The notes under the pieces are model-generated. The model was not told the DNA's origin. It did no database searches and was given only the letters and a program-made list of their open reading frames with translations. Below are positions 40,906 to 49,669 of a DNA stretch of 64,000 nt, piece by piece. The stretch comes from Turneriella sp. (lineage in GTDB: Bacteria > Spirochaetota > Leptospiria > Turneriellales > Turneriellaceae): contig CBDIID010000003.1 of the NCBI GenBank assembly GCA_965279515.1, positions 2,400,001 to 2,464,000 on the forward strand, in the 5' to 3' direction. Each line of letters starts with the position of its first letter. Position 1 is the stretch's first letter. A program made the translations under genes and the position numbers.

Positions 40906-42258
40906 ATGGAATTCGAGCGCACCCCCGATAATTTAATCAAAAACCTGCGAGTCTACATCACCGACAAACCCGGTTATCTCGGCAAAGTCATGACGACGAT
41001 CGGCATGCACGGCGGTAACATCGGCGACCTGAAGCTCATCAAGCGCGCCGGTAAAAGTAACCTGCGCGAGATCGAACTCTATGTGCGCGACCAGGAACAC
41101 ATGCAGGAAATCCTCCACGCCGTCGGCGAGCTCGACGGTATCCAGGTGGCTTCGGTTTCAGATGCGGTACTTGACTTGCACAAAGGCGGTAAGATCGAAA
41201 TGCGCAGCCGCGTTCCCGTTGAAAGCGCCAGCGACATCCGGCGGATCTACACTCCCGGCGTCGCCGCTGTCTGCCGTGCGATCGAAAAAGATCCCGAACT
41301 CATGTACGACTATACCTATGTGCGCAATACCGTCGCGATCGTCACGAACGGCACCGCGATTTTGGGTCTCGGCGACATCGGCGTGCGCGCGGGTATGCCC
41401 GTCATGGAAGGTAAAGCCGTGCTGTTTGCCAAACTCGTGGGTCTCAATGGTATACCGATACTCATCGACAGCAAAGACATCCAGACTTGCGTCGACACCA
41501 TCGTCAATATCGCGCCGTCTTTCGGCGCCATCAAGCTCGAGGATTTCCGCGCGCCGGAATGTTTTGCCATCGAAGAGGCGCTGAAAAAGAAACTCGACAT
41601 GCCGATCATGCACGACGACCAGCATGGTACCGCAACCGTTGTACTCGCAGCTTTACTCAATGCGACAAAATACGTCGGCGACGATCTGCGCTCGCTCTCT
41701 GTTGGCATCATCGGCCTGGGCGCGGCAGGCACGGGCATAGCCTGGCTGCTGAAAAGTTTCGGCGTAGAGAAAATCTACGGCGCCGATATTGCAGAAGATG
41801 CGAAACAGCGTCTTGCAGCGGCGGGCGGTACGCCCTTGCCGCTCATGGAACTCATGCGTGAAGCCCAGGTCGTCGTGACGACAACGGGAGTTCCCAATCT
41901 CATTAAACCCGAAATGGTACGTCATCGCCAGATTATTCTCGCGCTCTCGAACCCCGACCCCGAAATCAAGCCAGAAGCCGCGCTCGAGGCCGGTGCCGCT
42001 TTTGCCGCCGACGGGCGGGGTGTGAACAATGCACTCGCCTTCCCGGGCCTCTTTAAAGGCGCGCTCGATGCGAGAGCCTCACGCATCAATAACCGCATGA
42101 AAATTGCCGCGGCGCAGGCCATTGCCTCGCTGGCAAACAGCGACCGCAAAGAACTGGTGCCCGCCCTGCTTAACCCCGATGTGCACATGCGTGTGGCCGA
42201 GGCCGTCGAACGCGCGGCCCTCGAATCGGGCGCGGTAAAAAGACTCAGCGAGATGTAA
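40906..42258 (+). CDS. NAD(P)-dependent malic enzyme with N-terminal ACT domain
   Basis: YTPGVA, PVMEGKA, LEDF, HDDQHGTA, GLGAAG, LSNPDPEI, NNALAFPG. Confidence 0.92.
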   Translation: MEFERTPDNLIKNLRVYITDKPGYLGKVMTTIGMHGGNIGDLKLIKRAGKSNLREIELYVRDQEHMQEILHAVGELDGIQVASVSDAVLDLHKGGKIEMRSRVPVESASDIRRIYTPGVAAVCRAIEKDPELMYDYTYVRNTVAIVTNGTAILGLGDIGVRAGMPVMEGKAVLFAKLVGLNGIPILIDSKDIQTCVDTIVNIAPSFGAIKLEDFRAPECFAIEEALKKKLDMPIMHDDQHGTATVVLAALLNATKYVGDDLRSLSVGIIGLGAAGTGIAWLLKSFGVEKIYGADIAEDAKQRLAAAGGTPLPLMELMREAQVVVTTTGVPNLIKPEMVRHRQIILALSNPDPEIKPEAALEAGAAFAADGRGVNNALAFPGLFKGALDARASRINNRMKIAAAQAIASLANSDRKELVPALLNPDVHMRVAEAVERAALESGAVKRLSEM

Positions 42259-42308
42259 ACGCGTGACGCGGCCGGGGGCGTTGGCGGAGTTCCCCGGAAG
42301 CAATCCCT

Positions 42309-44798
42309 GTGAAGAAGCTGTCTCTGATTATTGCCGCAGCTTTGCTGCTCTTTGCCTGCGCCAGAAAAAACCGGCCCCTGATGGTGGCGCAGGGTGGTGT
42401 GCTTGACCTGCGCGAGAATAAAACATCCGGGCAACCCGCGTGGGATTTCGAACAGCACGGTACACTCGAACTCAATGGTGAATGGGAAATTTACTGGAAT
42501 CGCCTTCTCGATCCAACCGATTTCACACAGAAGGCACTACCTAAACCTTCTGCGCTTGTAAAGGTTCCGGCGCGCTGGAACGGCATGCAGCTCGACGGAG
42601 TCACGGCCGCTGGCAATGGGTTTGCAACCTACCGGCTCAAGCTCATCTTGCCGGGCAAAAGTTATGTGCAGAGCGAGCTTTTAGCACTGCGCTGCCGTTA
42701 CCAGCAATCTGCTTACCGCATTTTCTGGAATGGGATCTCCATAGCGGGCAACGGCGTTGTGGCGACGCATAGGGAATCATACCGCCCGGAATACCGGCCT
42801 TTAACTGCAAAGGTGCCTGGGGGCGAGAAGCATGAGATTGAAATTATTGTTCAGGTTGCCAATTTCGCGCACCGTTATGGCGGGTTTTCTATCCCCCTGG
42901 AACTCGGCATGGCGCCGGCACTCGCCGCATACACGCGCACACGCCAACTGACAGAAGCGTTTCTGCTGGGTGCGGCGCTGCTCATGTCTTCGTATTTCTT
43001 CGGCTTATTTTTCACGCGCCGGCAAGATCGCGCACCGCTTTGGTTTGCAATCTGCTGCTTCGCAATGTTCATCCGCATCCTGATTACCGGCGACCGTCTC
43101 GTCATGCAGGTTTTTACCGAACCCGACTGGACATTTTTACTCCGGCTGGAATATATTTCGTTTAATATCGCGACCCTCTCGGGGCTCATGTACCTGCATA
43201 ATCTTTTTGTCGAAGAAACCAATCTCCGCATCCGGAACATCATCGTCGGTGTGCTTATACTGCTGACCTTACCTGTGTTGATTCTGCCGCCGGCACTCTT
43301 TACCCATACCTTGCTCTACGGGCAGCTCGTGATTCTCGTCACTCTGCTCTTCGCCTACTACGTCTCCATCAAGGCGATGATCAACCGCCGCGAAGGCGCG
43401 CAGGCTGTCTTCCTGGGCTTTGCACTACTTTCCATTACGGTCGTAAACGACATCCTCTACAACCAGTTTTTGGTTGGCCCCGGTTATCTTGCCCCGTATG
43501 GTATTTTCATTCTCGTACTTACCCATTCGGTGGCCCTGTCGCGCCGCCTTGCCGCGGGGTTTCGCCAGACTGAGAACATGAAAGAAAACCTGGAGATCCA
43601 GGTTGAACTGCGCACCATAGAACTGCAAGAAGCGATCAACATTGCGGAGCAGGCGACTAAAGCCAAGTCAGCTTTTTTTGCGATGATGACGCATGAGCTA
43701 CGCACGCCGCTGAACGGCATCATTGGTATGTCGAATATTCTTAAACTGACTCAGCTCAATCCGGAACAGGAAAAATATCTCAACATTATCCACGGCAGCG
43801 GCTCGAACCTGATGTCAGTTATTAACGACATTCTCGATTTTTCCGTGATCGATGCGGGAAAACTCTCTCTCAATAAATCGGTATTTTCACTTTCCGAGTG
43901 CCTCGAAGAGGTCATGACGCTGGGCAGGACGCTCATTAGGGATAAAAATGTAACGCTCACCCGGGCGCCGCTGCCGCCGGGCGTTCCGGACAAAGTCATC
44001 TCTGATCAGGCAAGGTTGCGCCAGGTTCTGCTGAATCTCGTCGGCAATGCTGTAAAATTTACCGAACAGGGATACGTCCACCTGAGCTTCTCGGTTCTCC
44101 AGGCGTGGCATAATATCTACCGTATCGAGTTCTGTATTGAAGATACGGGGATTGGTATTTCAGAAGAGGAGCAGCAGTATCTCTTCAAACCTTATACACA
44201 GGCAGACCAGACCATCTCACGGCGTTACGGCGGAACGGGACTCGGACTCGTCATCAGTTCGCGCATTGTCGAGGCCCTGGGGGGAGCGATCTTTTTGAGT
44301 AGCCTGCCCGGAAAAGGGAGCTGTTTCTTTTTTTCGATTCTGCTGCAGGCGGCAGAAGAAGCCGATGCGGCGAACGAAGCGCCGCACAGCCCCCCGATGC
44401 AAATCGGCACGGATTTCGCATTGCGTTATCCGTTAAAAATTCTCGTGGTTGAAGATGATGTTGTCAACCAGGTCGTGATCACCGAATCGTTGCGGGTTTT
44501 GGGATACCGGGCGACGCTGGCCGACCACGGCCGGGCAGCGCTGGATATTACCGCGCACGAGAGTTTTGACCTGATACTCATGGATGTGCAGATGCCGGAA
44601 ATCTCGGGTATCGAAGCGACGCGGGAAATCCGCAAAAGGGAGAACGGCAAGACCTTCACCATTATTGCGCTGACGGCAGATTCTTCGGTCGAAAACCAGC
44701 GCCAATGCTTCGATGCGGGCATGGACGACTTTCTCATGAAACCTTTTAACCTGGCAGCGCTGCAGAATATGTTTATTAAGTGGTCGAAGAAAAGCTGA
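42309..44798 (+). CDS. Hybrid sensor histidine kinase (7TM-DISM-like sensor, HisKA, HATPase, receiver)
   Basis: [45 protein letters not shown]. Confidence 0.92.
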   Translation: MKKLSLIIAAALLLFACARKNRPLMVAQGGVLDLRENKTSGQPAWDFEQHGTLELNGEWEIYWNRLLDPTDFTQKALPKPSALVKVPARWNGMQLDGVTAAGNGFATYRLKLILPGKSYVQSELLALRCRYQQSAYRIFWNGISIAGNGVVATHRESYRPEYRPLTAKVPGGEKHEIEIIVQVANFAHRYGGFSIPLELGMAPALAAYTRTRQLTEAFLLGAALLMSSYFFGLFFTRRQDRAPLWFAICCFAMFIRILITGDRLVMQVFTEPDWTFLLRLEYISFNIATLSGLMYLHNLFVEETNLRIRNIIVGVLILLTLPVLILPPALFTHTLLYGQLVILVTLLFAYYVSIKAMINRREGAQAVFLGFALLSITVVNDILYNQFLVGPGYLAPYGIFILVLTHSVALSRRLAAGFRQTENMKENLEIQVELRTIELQEAINIAEQATKAKSAFFAMMTHELRTPLNGIIGMSNILKLTQLNPEQEKYLNIIHGSGSNLMSVINDILDFSVIDAGKLSLNKSVFSLSECLEEVMTLGRTLIRDKNVTLTRAPLPPGVPDKVISDQARLRQVLLNLVGNAVKFTEQGYVHLSFSVLQAWHNIYRIEFCIEDTGIGISEEEQQYLFKPYTQADQTISRRYGGTGLGLVISSRIVEALGGAIFLSSLPGKGSCFFFSILLQAAEEADAANEAPHSPPMQIGTDFALRYPLKILVVEDDVVNQVVITESLRVLGYRATLADHGRAALDITAHESFDLILMDVQMPEISGIEATREIRKRENGKTFTIIALTADSSVENQRQCFDAGMDDFLMKPFNLAALQNMFIKWSKKS

Positions 44799-44859
44799 TC
44801 TCAAATTATTTACGGCACGTCCCGTTAAAACACACAGCCTCGGGCTATTTGGCCCAGCA

Positions 44860-44931
44860 GCCCTCGTAGCTCAGTGGATAGAGCGTTGGTCTCCGAAGCC
44901 ATGTGCGCAGGTTCGATTCCTGCCGAGGGCA
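44860..44931 (+). tRNA. tRNA-Arg (anticodon CCG)
   Basis: Acceptor stem GCCCTCG/CGAGGGC, D arm AGCTCAGTGGATAGAGC, anticodon loop CT-CCG-AA, T loop GGTTCGATTCC; CCA not encoded. Confidence 0.95.
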
Positions 44932-45026
44932 CATATCGATGCTTCGACATTCGGCTTGCGGCATTACTCGGGATCGTCCCACTGCTTTTGCCCGCTTCGA
45001 TCTTGCGATTTGTATCGCTGGGCGCC

Positions 45027-45160
45027 CCCGTCTCATCCGCAATCCAGCACCGAAAGCCGTTGTTGTGCTCGAACTTGCGCAGAGGAACCGACTCGGTTTC
45101 TCTTCATCCTGTGCTGCGCGAAGACGCTTCTTTCGGAATGCCCGGCGAAAAGAGTTGCCT
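45027..45160 (-). pseudogene. Internally deleted relic of the DUF3024-like gene at 45635-46000
   Basis: Four collinear blocks match that gene at DNA level (QLFSPGIPKEA; AAQDEEKPSRF; KFEHNNGF; WIADETG); ATG changed to AGG. Confidence 0.8.
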
Positions 45161-45178
45161 ATTGATTAGCCTACTACC

Positions 45179-45613
45179 TCACCATCCGGCACTGACTAAC
45201 ACTGCCAAAGCATCGCGCTCGATATCCGCGTCGGAAACCCGTCGGCGCTTTCCCGTCACCAGCCGCGAACGAAAGATGCCCGTGGCATCGTCCTGAAAAT
45301 GGCGCAGTACGGCTGGAAAGCGCTCTGCCGCTGGGGCCAGGGCAAAGCGCCGCCACTTGCGGCTCGCATCGATGCAGTAAAGGTGCCACTTGCCGTCTTG
45401 GTAGAGAAACTTGGCCGCATCACGGCCTGTGAAATCCCCGTTTTCCGCGACGAATTCTTCCGCAATGATAAACGCATTGCCGCGACGAAACCAGTAAATC
45501 CGATCTCTCTCTCCGCGGCGCTTTCTTTGCGCATGGCGCACGTATGCGTCGAGGTGTGCAGACACGATTACCATTAGGTCGGTAGGGATGGACGGGCGAA
45601 AGAGTGTAAGCAT
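45179..45613 (-). CDS. DUF3024-like protein, paralogue 2
   Basis: WHLYCIDASRKWRRF and DDATGIF motifs. Confidence 0.72.
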   Translation of the reverse strand: MLTLFRPSIPTDLMVIVSAHLDAYVRHAQRKRRGERDRIYWFRRGNAFIIAEEFVAENGDFTGRDAAKFLYQDGKWHLYCIDASRKWRRFALAPAAERFPAVLRHFQDDATGIFRSRLVTGKRRRVSDADIERDALAVLVSAGW

Positions 45614-45634
45614 ATTTTCAATCTTGCTGCGGGC

Positions 45635-46000
45635 CTATCCCCTGAATATCCCGGTCTCATCCGCAAGCCAGTGCCGGAACACAGCATCAAAACTCTTCGC
45701 CGCCTTCGCAGGCACATACCTTCGCCAGGTACGGCTGGCGTCCAGACAGTAAAGCAGCCAGAAACCGTTGTCGAACTCAAACTTGCCCGAGTCGCGCCGT
45801 GTCAATTGACCGTCTTGTGTGACAAACTCTTCGGAAAGTATCACCGTCTTGCCCTTTCGCGCCCAGAAGAACCGACTTGGCTGCTCTTCATCTTTCGCTG
45901 CAGCGCGGCGTTTTTTCTCTACCCGCTTGCAGTAGGCATCGAGCCGTGTCATCGCGTCGGTGAAGGCTTCTTTCGGAATGGATGGCGCGAAGAGTTGCAT
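45635..46000 (-). CDS. DUF3024-like protein, paralogue 1
   Basis: WLLYCLDASRTWRRY and DETGIFRG; start reassigned to MQLFAPS by alignment with the paralogue. Confidence 0.72.
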   Translation of the reverse strand: MQLFAPSIPKEAFTDAMTRLDAYCKRVEKKRRAAAKDEEQPSRFFWARKGKTVILSEEFVTQDGQLTRRDSGKFEFDNGFWLLYCLDASRTWRRYVPAKAAKSFDAVFRHWLADETGIFRG

Positions 46001-46016
46001 CGGTGTCAGTGTCAGC

Positions 46017-46610
46017 TTACTTAAACTGAATATCCCTTTGAATATCTTCAACGGACTTCATGACCGTTGCGTCCGCGATCTTCTCTTCGACGGAACCCGG
46101 GAAAGCAAAAGGCATGCCGAAGATTAGTAAAATCTGATTCAGCTGCGTCATAGGTTCGGTATATACGTATTCTTTTAAAACCTGATTTCCCTTGTATACT
46201 TTCACTTTGGTGACAATATCCTTACTGTTCCAGGAGGGAATGATGCCGACAGTGATAATACCGAGCCCGTTCAAAAAGCCGTTAAAAAAAGTATCCTTGG
46301 AAACCGGCTCCCATTTATACGTGATCAGGTAGCCTGTAGCCATACTGTCTTTATCCGTAATGCTCACCGACAGATTGGCCGCTTTAAAGTGTTTTTCAGC
46401 GGATTCTTTGAGTGCTTTTTCCTGAAAACTTCCGGCGATGCCGGCTTTCACATAGATGCTGACAGGCTGCTGTACTTTAGACTGAATTGGCGACAGCTTT
46501 TCCGGCGCCTGAATGTTGTGTCCGCGCCAGCCGATGCAATTTGCGACTAACAGAATAGCCCCAAACAGGCTAAAAAAGCCGTAACGCTTTAAAAAAGATC
46601 GGTTTTCCAC
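46017..46610 (-). CDS. Putative lipoprotein (cassette-like gene)
   Basis: GGAG RBS, GTG start, ILLVAN-C lipobox, LGIITVGIIP hydrophobic segment. Confidence 0.72.
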   Translation of the reverse strand: MENRSFLKRYGFFSLFGAILLVANCIGWRGHNIQAPEKLSPIQSKVQQPVSIYVKAGIAGSFQEKALKESAEKHFKAANLSVSITDKDSMATGYLITYKWEPVSKDTFFNGFLNGLGIITVGIIPSWNSKDIVTKVKVYKGNQVLKEYVYTEPMTQLNQILLIFGMPFAFPGSVEEKIADATVMKSVEDIQRDIQFK

Positions 46611-46630
46611 ATATTCTCCATAGTTTTCTC

Positions 46631-46648
46631 TTTGTATCTTATGATACC
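46631..46648. promoter_or_regulatory. Shared 18-bp leader motif TTTGTATCTTATGATACC (operator-like), copy 1
   Basis: Identical to 48279-48296; contains inverted repeat GTATC-N4-GATAC; about 20 bp upstream of a start codon. Confidence 0.65.
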
Positions 46649-46662
46649 TGTATATTCATCGC

Positions 46663-46731
46663 GCCCAATCGCTCGCTTACCTGAAGTTTTCGAAGGCAAC
46701 TTAGCCTTGCGTCAGGTAAGCGCGGTTGGGC
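46663..46731 (-). mobile_element. attC-like recombination site 2 (69 bp, damaged R' core)
   Basis: Minus strand: GCCCAAC-CG-CGCTTACCTGA...TCAGGTAAGCG-AGC-G(A)TTGGGC; begins 18 bp after a stop codon. Confidence 0.68.
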
Positions 46732-46749
46732 TGATGCGCGGCCGGGAGC

Positions 46750-47478
46750 TTACTTCCCTTTCTTCTTCGCTGCAGGTTTCTTGCCTGCTGCAGGTTTCGC
46801 CTCTTCGGCTGGTGCTGCATACGGATCAGCGTTTGTTGCGGCTGGTGCCGGCGCAGCATACGGATCTTTGGCGCTGTCGTTTGAAGATGTTGTTCCAAAC
46901 ACATAACCCGCACCAAACTGCGCATACAGACCAGACTTGAAATCACGCGTGCTGCCGACTCCGCCTATGTCAGCGCCGAATTCAAAAACCTCGTAAAGAA
47001 ACGTGCCTTTCAGAAAAACACTGTCTACAGGAAACACTTTGATACCGCCGCCTACAACAATGCCAGTACCAAAGCGGCTTGAACCCGTCACCTCCGCACC
47101 ATTCAGCGTTCCCTTAGTAGCGTATTTAATCTGCGAACCCGGGCTGAAGAAGAATGCAAACCGTGAAATGCGGTAGTTGAATTCGAAGAGCAAGCTCAGC
47201 ATATATTCCATCTGTGAAAAACCACTCAACTCGCCGCTGCTCGTAGTCGCCTTGCTGACCGTGTTTAAAAGCAGAGAATAATTCATGCCAAAATGGAAAC
47301 CCTGCTTAGTGGGTTCATCCGTAAATGAAATACCTCCGCCGAATTTGGTAAACTTCTGTGAAGGTGTCTTATACTCAGTTTCCTGATAGTTACCCAGAAC
47401 ACCCAGGCCGAAATTAGCAAACACCAGTTGTGGTGCGAGTAATGCAGCACACAGAATTAATTTTTTGATTTTTTTCAT
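46750..47478 (-). CDS. Outer-membrane beta-barrel protein with Pro/Ala/Lys-rich tail
   Basis: AGGAG RBS, signal peptide, amphipathic strands ending YAQFGAGYVF, then DPYAAP x2 and KPAA x2. Confidence 0.72.
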   Translation of the reverse strand: MKKIKKLILCAALLAPQLVFANFGLGVLGNYQETEYKTPSQKFTKFGGGISFTDEPTKQGFHFGMNYSLLLNTVSKATTSSGELSGFSQMEYMLSLLFEFNYRISRFAFFFSPGSQIKYATKGTLNGAEVTGSSRFGTGIVVGGGIKVFPVDSVFLKGTFLYEVFEFGADIGGVGSTRDFKSGLYAQFGAGYVFGTTSSNDSAKDPYAAPAPAATNADPYAAPAEEAKPAAGKKPAAKKKGK

Positions 47479-47502
47479 ATCTTCTCCTATAACTTATTTT
47501 AA

Positions 47503-48255
47503 CTATTTTGCTTCTTTGAGCTTCGCAAAGATCAGATCAACCGTGCGCGCATAGACATGCTTCTGCTTGATTTTTGTGAAATTTGCAACATCACCGGCAC
47601 CCGTGACGTCGAGCGGCGGATCGATCGCACCGGCACCGCTAAAAATGCGTTCTCCCGTGCGGTCGTAGATCACAATACCCGTGCCCATAAGAGCCTTGTC
47701 CTGTTGAATAACAAACACAACCTTGCTGAACGACAGCGCAATCGCATCAACATTCAGTTTTTCGCAAAAATAGACCGCGAGTTTTGACAAGTCCGCTTTT
47801 TCCAGATGCTTGCCGAATTCACCCTCCGGCGCATCGATGAAATTCTTCTCTCCGCTGGCTTGTGTTACGGAAAACTCGTTTTTGTAGGCGGCAACCGGGA
47901 AATCTTTAAAACCATCGTTTTCAGCTGTTGCATACGCTTTTGTCAGTTGCTTGCCCGACAAAACCGTCGCGTTTAATTCTGTCGCCAGTTTTTTTGTCGC
48001 AATGTCGCGGTACTGATCCACCACACCGGCATCGACCTTATTGAGCTCGCCTGCTATTGCGGCAAATTTTGCCTCCGTGGCACCCTGCTGAAGGCCCGAC
48101 ATGCTTGTAACGGCAGCCTTTTCTATCAGCGTTTCCAGAAGCGCGATTTTTTTGATCGCTACCAGCTTCTCTTTCGAAGCCACGACCTTAACAGTCGAAC
48201 AGCCCATGAGCGCAAATAAGGCAACTGCGCCGGGAATCCATAGTCTTCTCTTCAT
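47503..48255 (-). CDS. Putative lipoprotein
   Basis: GGGAG RBS; MKRRLWIPGAVALFALMG-C lipobox. Confidence 0.75.
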   Translation of the reverse strand: MKRRLWIPGAVALFALMGCSTVKVVASKEKLVAIKKIALLETLIEKAAVTSMSGLQQGATEAKFAAIAGELNKVDAGVVDQYRDIATKKLATELNATVLSGKQLTKAYATAENDGFKDFPVAAYKNEFSVTQASGEKNFIDAPEGEFGKHLEKADLSKLAVYFCEKLNVDAIALSFSKVVFVIQQDKALMGTGIVIYDRTGERIFSGAGAIDPPLDVTGAGDVANFTKIKQKHVYARTVDLIFAKLKEAK

Positions 48256-48278
48256 TCAATTCTCCCTTGATAAGTTTA

Positions 48279-48296
48279 TTTGTATCTTATGATACC
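48279..48296. promoter_or_regulatory. Shared 18-bp leader motif TTTGTATCTTATGATACC, copy 2
   Basis: Identical to 46631-46648; about 23 bp upstream of a start codon. Confidence 0.65.
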
Positions 48297-48379
48297 GTTT
48301 TCACAACCGGAATATATTCAAATATTTTTCGCCAGCCACTCTCCGAAGACGGAGACGCGAAATGCGTCACCATCATGGC

Positions 48380-48469
48380 GCCCAACGTTGGTTTACGCGA
48401 AGTTGCGTAGCAATTTGCGGCGATGGGTGAGCGCAGTCGAACCCGGAGCCCGCGTAAACCCGGTTGGGC
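48380..48469 (-). mobile_element. attC-like recombination site 1 (90 bp)
   Basis: Minus strand: GCCCAAC (RYYYAAC)-CG-GGTTTACGCG...CGCGTAAACC-AAC-GTTGGGC (GTTRRRY), with central hairpins; downstream of a gene 3' end. Confidence 0.78.
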
Positions 48470-48541
48470 GACGTGATGACGCGCGGGAGGGTTCGGATAT
48501 CCGAACGATTTGTCTTGTTTTCGCGTGGAATGTGCTGCGCT

Positions 48542-49669
48542 TCATTTCTCATACTCTATGTATGCATCAAACACCCATTGGTCTTTGCCGATTTCAACCC
48601 AATGTCCTTTCTTACCATCAATCTCTACATAATCACCAACTTGACCTACTGAAAGTTTAGTTCCCTTGGCAATGAGTCCAACTTTTTCTGCTTCTATGTT
48701 CGGCTTTTTTCGTACATTTAGGCCGCTTTGGGGCACCGCAGTGGCGCGCTGACTATTTTTTTCAAAACCCTGGAAGACTCTACGAAATTCTTCATTGTCA
48801 AATTTCTGGATGCAATACCAGTACTCAGTGCTGTCTGCCAGCGAAGGCACAAACCGTTCTTTACCGGCATATTCGCGCCGCTGTTTTATTGTGCCATGGC
48901 TGCGGAGTTCGCCAGAGTTAAGAAGGGTAAATTTGAAATTGATATTGAAGTCGACGTAGATATCGCTAAAGCCATAATGTTTCAGCTGAGCGGTTTCGCA
49001 AGATCTCCTGCATTCACCGGGTGTGCTCCATTTTTCCCAATCTACGCAAGCGTCTTTCAGAAAATTACCTTTTGGCAACTCCCGGCGACGACCACACAAG
49101 CCACTTGATCCATCCGCGCAACGTGAACATGGTGAGCCGTCTTTATAAATTCCGCTAACAACTAAGCTCTTACTATCATCTGTGTACCATCTGAGATCAC
49201 GCCATTCGTCGTGTTCACCCCAGCGTACAGCTCTGTGATTTGGCAAAAGCCAAAAAGAAGAACTCTGCGAAGCTGATAAATATATGTGTCCAGCATTCAA
49301 ATCCTTTAATGAATCTGAATTCAGACATTTGCTCTTATCAATATCATAATCTGGAACAAAGATATACCCAGCTTTATTCTCGTATTTAGCACTTATCCAA
49401 CGACCCCATGCGCCATTCTTTCTTTCAAAGTTACCAACTATGTTACCTTTTTCAACTTTCGTCCCCTTCGGAATATATGCGAGAATTTTCCGAGGCTGAC
49501 CATTAACAGAACTGATTCGTTTATCACCTATGTTCCAAAACTCTGTTTTTTCGCCAACGGTATAGTAACTGTCTGATTTTTCAGCTCGCAGGCAACATCC
49601 CAAGCTGATAAAAAAAAATATCTTTGTCAACTTTAGAAAAATTAACTTACTACGATTTCTACCGCCCAT
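48542..49669 (-). CDS. Exported protein with two SH3b-like domains and a Cys-rich core; candidate immunity protein
   Basis: Signal/lipobox-like FFFISLG-C; GLNVRKKPNIEAEKVGLIAKGTKL...WVEIG...WVFDAY; AT-rich; 11-nt overlap with the giant gene. Confidence 0.75.
   Translation of the reverse strand: MGGRNRSKLIFLKLTKIFFFISLGCCLRAEKSDSYYTVGEKTEFWNIGDKRISSVNGQPRKILAYIPKGTKVEKGNIVGNFERKNGAWGRWISAKYENKAGYIFVPDYDIDKSKCLNSDSLKDLNAGHIYLSASQSSSFWLLPNHRAVRWGEHDEWRDLRWYTDDSKSLVVSGIYKDGSPCSRCADGSSGLCGRRRELPKGNFLKDACVDWEKWSTPGECRRSCETAQLKHYGFSDIYVDFNINFKFTLLNSGELRSHGTIKQRREYAGKERFVPSLADSTEYWYCIQKFDNEEFRRVFQGFEKNSQRATAVPQSGLNVRKKPNIEAEKVGLIAKGTKLSVGQVGDYVEIDGKKGHWVEIGKDQWVFDAYIEYEK

Noticed and set aside
44845..45296. 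Short ORFs overlapping the tRNA (44874-45296, 44903-45169, 44845-45042)
   Set aside because: They overlap a clear tRNA and the DUF3024 relic; shadow ORFs.
46631..48469. CRISPR array interpretation of the repeated motifs
   Set aside because: Only two copies, separated by whole genes, and no cas genes.
49610..49618. T9 tract near the 5' end of the SH3 gene as a phase-variation switch
   Set aside because: It encodes FFF in a signal peptide within AT-rich DNA and is in frame; there is no evidence of slippage.
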